From the IMG/VR virus record IMGVR_UViG_3300044461_000112, positions 1 to 58,329 of that record: 58,329 nucleotides of DNA. One strand, 5' to 3'. How positions within the stretch are numbered: position 1 is the stretch's first letter; every line of letters begins with the position of its first letter. Both the position numbers and the translations under genes were made by a program. The notes beneath the pieces were generated by a model. That model was not told where the DNA came from, made no database searches, and saw only the letters and a program-made list of their open reading frames with translations. Source of the stretch: a virus (taxonomy: Duplodnaviria; Caudoviricetes). Shown here piece after piece: positions 55,385 through 58,329 of the stretch.

Positions 55385-55463
55385 GATTTTCCTCCTCAGG
55401 GTGTGACGGATTGGGCCGTAGGTCTGTTTGGACGTCTGCCGTCCGAAAACGCCGCTGCGGGCG

Positions 55464-55682
55464 CTACGACGCGTCTGGAGCGGGAGTACGGGTGGTCTGG
55501 CGGTGCTGGTAAAGACGGATGCGCTGGGCGCCGGCGCACTGGCCGGAGGCCTTGGCCCAGCCCGGGGAGTCGAAGCAGAACTCGTCGCGTTCGTAGGCGT
55601 TGGGAAAGCGTTTGACGCGGCCGGTGGCGAGCTCCTGGGCGTAGGCCTGGCGGTGGCGTGGCAGAATGGGTGCGGGTGCCAT
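55464..55682 (-). CDS. Hypothetical early protein
   Basis: GGAG SD. Confidence 0.55.
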   Translation of the reverse strand: MAPAPILPRHRQAYAQELATGRVKRFPNAYERDEFCFDSPGWAKASGQCAGAQRIRLYQHRQTTRTPAPDAS

Positions 55683-55756
55683 GGGTGTGTACTCCAGTCA
55701 TGGTGCTCACGGCGCCCGGGAGGATCCATCTCCCGGGCGCTTCGTCGTCTGGTTAG

Positions 55757-56062
55757 CTAGCGGAGGCGCCAGACGTCGTGGTCGGCGTCGCGCAGCCGGA
55801 TGGTGCTCTCATCTGGACAGACGGTCACCGTCGGGTAGTACTCGTAGCGGTAGTCGTAGCGGTACGAGGTGTCCTGCCAGACGGAGCCGTCGTCGAGCCG
55901 GAAGCGTTCGCCGTGGTTGCCCTGATAGGGGCGTGGCGACATCACCGTGCTCTCGTAGCAAGACGCGGCCGCCGGGGCCGCGTTGGTTGCGGCCATGAGG
56001 GTGGAGACGGCGAGGGCGACGGTAGCGGCGAGGGTCCGGTAGCGTGGCCGATAGTTGGCCAT
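55757..56062 (-). CDS. Secreted/exported small protein
   Basis: AGGAG SD; basic n-region, hydrophobic h-region, AAA cleavage site; CYES..FRLDDGSVW..YEYYP..CP. Confidence 0.7.
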   Translation of the reverse strand: MANYRPRYRTLAATVALAVSTLMAATNAAPAAASCYESTVMSPRPYQGNHGERFRLDDGSVWQDTSYRYDYRYEYYPTVTVCPDESTIRLRDADHDVWRLR

Positions 56063-56177
56063 GGGGTGTTTCTCCTGGGCTGGCGTCGTACTCACGCCTA
56101 CGCCCGGTGGTTGGCGCTTCTGGCCACCGGCCCCGGGTGAACGGTGTTGACCCGGGAACGCTGGTCACAAACGGGGG

Positions 56178-56624
56178 TTAGATCATCCAGGGTGCCTCAT
56201 CGTACCCAGGGACGTAGTGTTCCAGGGATTCGCGCAGCTTCCGGCAGAGACGCTTTGCGGCGCTGGTCTTCCATTCGGGGTGCTCGCAGGATTGGTATTC
56301 GTAGCAATGGATGAGGGAGAGCAGTTCGGCCGCGGTGCGTTTCGGAGTCTTCATAAAGTCGAGCTGGTAGTCCGCGGTCTTATCGGTTGAGAGGTCGGCG
56401 AATGCCTCATGGTCGGCGTACCGATACTGGACACTCTTGATGTTCTCGGTCCAGAGCGTGCGGCCGATTTCATCCACGTTCAGCTCGGTAATCTGCTGGC
56501 GGTCGCCATTGGGCCGGTAGAACTCCGGGGCGTACCAGGTTCGGCGCTCGCACCCGTTGGGACCGAGCCAGGCAGCCATAACGATGGCGTCAATGTGGTT
56601 CTGGCTGACGACGAAAGCGGACAT
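56178..56624 (-). CDS. Conserved phage/plasmid early hypothetical protein
   Basis: MSAFVVS..HID, ENIKSVQYRY, CYEYQSCE. Confidence 0.75.
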   Translation of the reverse strand: MSAFVVSQNHIDAIVMAAWLGPNGCERRTWYAPEFYRPNGDRQQITELNVDEIGRTLWTENIKSVQYRYADHEAFADLSTDKTADYQLDFMKTPKRTAAELLSLIHCYEYQSCEHPEWKTSAAKRLCRKLRESLEHYVPGYDEAPWMI

Positions 56625-56651
56625 GATTTCTCCCTTTAGCGGTCTAGTTGG

Positions 56652-57020
56652 TTAGCGGGTGGGGTTGCCGGTCCAACTCCACAGATTGACGTCGTGTTCG
56701 TAGTAGACGGCGCCACCGGCCCGGGGGCGGTCCTGCCAGCGCCAGAAGCTGGCCTGGTGGGTACCCACGAGGGTGAGTTGGTCGGCGCGTACGATGGGGC
56801 AAGGGCCGCCAGAGCAAGAGACGCCGTGGTCGTCCCGGTAGGCGGAAGGCCGGAAGACGATCATGTACGTCTGGGGTTCGACTTGCCAGCCGGTATCGCC
56901 ATTGATCATGGCGAGGTGTCCGATGTCGGCGCCCCAGTAGGGGCCGTCGAGCCGGACGAGGTCGCCGGGCTGTGGGGTGGGGTTGCTGCTGGTGGTTGGT
57001 ACACTGGTGGGTGCGGACAT
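56652..57020 (-). CDS. Hypothetical early protein (SCSGGP motif)
   Basis: GAGGAG SD; SCSGGP..FWRW. Confidence 0.65.
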   Translation of the reverse strand: MSAPTSVPTTSSNPTPQPGDLVRLDGPYWGADIGHLAMINGDTGWQVEPQTYMIVFRPSAYRDDHGVSCSGGPCPIVRADQLTLVGTHQASFWRWQDRPRAGGAVYYEHDVNLWSWTGNPTR

Positions 57021-57088
57021 GAGATGACTCCTCTTGTCTGTGTTCCACCCGGGCACTTGCTCTGCCCGGGTGGTTGCTTTGTGGTGAG

Positions 57089-57388
57089 TTAGCGGGTGCG
57101 TACGCTGTGGGCTTGTTCGGTATGGCCGACGCCGATGTAGCAGAATCCACAACGGCTGTCGGAGGGACCGTCGTACTGTCGGGACTGATCGTCACGTCCC
57201 TGACAGTGAATTGGCTCGGTGCCGCTGCCGCCGAGGGCACCCGGCGGTTGGTGGGCCTGGTAGCCGTCATAGCGCACCGCCCAGCGGCCGTCCACTTTCC
57301 GATACTCGGTGCCGATGGTAATGACGCCGTACTTCGTGGTGTAGGTTGTCTGCTGTGCCATGCTGCGCTGCTCCGCCAGTGTTGCCAT
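57089..57388 (-). CDS. Hypothetical first early gene (HC...CGFC...H)
   Basis: GGAGGGGAG SD, directly downstream of promoter. Confidence 0.6.
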   Translation of the reverse strand: MATLAEQRSMAQQTTYTTKYGVITIGTEYRKVDGRWAVRYDGYQAHQPPGALGGSGTEPIHCQGRDDQSRQYDGPSDSRCGFCYIGVGHTEQAHSVRTR

Positions 57389-57442
57389 TCCCGTGTGCTC
57401 CCCTCCGGTGTGCGGGATCTTGCTCATCCCTGCCACATGCAT

Positions 57443-57471
57443 ACAATACCAGACGGCCACACACATGTCAA
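57443..57471 (-). promoter_or_regulatory. Strong sigma70 promoter for early operon
   Basis: TTGACA-17 nt-TATTGT with extended -10 TG. Confidence 0.8.
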
Positions 57472-57773
57472 CCTGGTCAAGTGGCCAGTATGTGGAGTGC
57501 CCGTTCCACCGATTGTGTGCACTCCCCGCGATAACGCGTCCGAGATGTGGCTAGTTCCCCGCTATATATACCGAGTACATACTTGACGGGTTTTTTATAA
57601 TTCGTCCGACCTTCCTGCTCATACCCTGCATGACCCGGACCACTCCGACTGAGCTCTCCGTTGCTGGTGTGTGACGTAGCGCCGCCCCAAAGCAGAGTCG
57701 GAGTCACACACACCTCTAGGACGACGTTTGGGCAAGGTCTATCCTCTTTCCAGCAGGATCCCCCCTTTCTTCC

Positions 57774-57811
57774 CGCTGCACCAGCGCTGCATCTCCGCTG
57801 CATGCAGCGCT
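57774..57811. repeat. Second CGCTGCA/TGCAGCG cluster
   Basis: Four copies; CGCTGCATGCAGCGCT at 57796-57811 is identical to 45990-46005. Confidence 0.75.
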
Positions 57812-57947
57812 CCCACCCTTGGCCTCGCCGCCCCACCTCCCCCTCATGCATCTCGCTCCGTTCGCTCCCGCCCTTTCGGCTCCGCTCACTCGCTCAGACC
57901 TTCCTTCATAGGTACAATCGTGATTGGTCTTATTCAGCGAGGTTGCT

Positions 57948-58216
57948 ATGCCTCCCGGCGGCCGCCGGCCCGGCGCGGGCCATCCTTCCGATAAGGACGT
58001 CCTCTACCTCGAAAAACAACGCCATACCGTCCGCCGCCTCGCCGACCCCCACTGGGAATCCATCGTCTCCCAACAAGTCTCCAAAGCGCTCACCGGCGAC
58101 CTCGATGCCCTCAACTGGCTCACCCCCTGGATCCTCGGCGCCAAGCCCAAAGAGCCCGAGCACCTCACCGATAACTCCACCACCATCAACCAGTCTCTCC
58201 TCCTCGGCGACCTCCT
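57948..58216 (+). CDS. Putative terminase small subunit, 5' part (joins 1..157; 141 aa on the circle)
   Basis: GAGG SD then ATG 57948, MPPGGRRPGAGHP (GGxRPGAG motif common in TerS); frame stays open across the join to TAG 155-157; upstream of TerL; absent from the ORF track. Confidence 0.6.
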
Positions 58217-58309
58217 CCCTTGGTGGAACGCCTCCCACCAACAGGCGAAGCTCCAACGTCAACGGGCCGTCGGCATGCTCATCGACGGTTCCTCCTGCCC
58301 CTCTGTTTC
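58217..58309 (+). repeat. Terminal direct repeat, copy 2
   Basis: Matches 1-93. Confidence 0.95.
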
Positions 58310-58329
58310 GGGCGCCGGGCGCGCGGGGA

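Larger units (their letters stand above)
1..58309. mobile_element. Complete temperate tailed phage genome, circularly permuted, podovirus-like
   Basis: Terminal direct repeat; terminase, portal, capsid, lysis, replication, repressor and integrase modules; no host genes. Confidence 0.93.

Noticed and set aside
57583-57601. TTGACG...TATAAT promoter on + strand
   Set aside because: Spacer is only 7 nt; the -10 may work alone but the pair is not a valid sigma70 promoter
58310-58329. Prophage-host junction
   Set aside because: Only 20 nt, falls inside the terS-like ORF and far from the integrase; more likely a contig-end error

Overview
This window is an apparently complete, circularly permuted ~58.2 kb high-GC temperate dsDNA phage genome. 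Bases 1-93 repeat at 58217-58309, and a terminase-small-like ORF runs across that join. The + strand late arm (57948 to 40629) encodes TerS, TerL, portal, three large low-complexity putative ejection proteins, four tiny Lys/Pro-rich ORFs and a 2270-aa polyvalent protein (SLT + C39-like + ART-like + LPD38-like). It continues with scaffold, major capsid, a glycosyltransferase/FmdB/YkgJ cassette, LamG/beta-helix/glycoside hydrolase fibre or spike genes, adaptor, nozzle, holin-like genes and a GH19 endolysin. No tape measure or tail tube is evident, so podovirus-like morphology is inferred. The - strand middle arm (52738 to 40579) holds a Cro/RHH-like gene, an ssDNA-annealing recombinase, an HNH-SF2 helicase fusion, an AAA replication ATPase with downstream iterons, Mom-like, cytosine-MTase-like and PAPS-reductase-like genes, and VRR-NUC. 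An XRE repressor, intact tRNA-Pro(UGG), tyrosine integrase and a sigma70-driven early - strand cluster follow. The most notable signals are probable ATC start codons on the capsid gene and a second structural gene, a 19-bp pseudo-palindromic motif present three times exactly, a putative virion-modification cassette, an unannotated basic micro-ORF array, a 35-bp palindrome in the HNH-helicase cassette, and one iteron family at two loci. All family calls come from motifs recognised by eye; no database searches were run. The host is unknown; a Chloroflexota-like host is a weak impression only.
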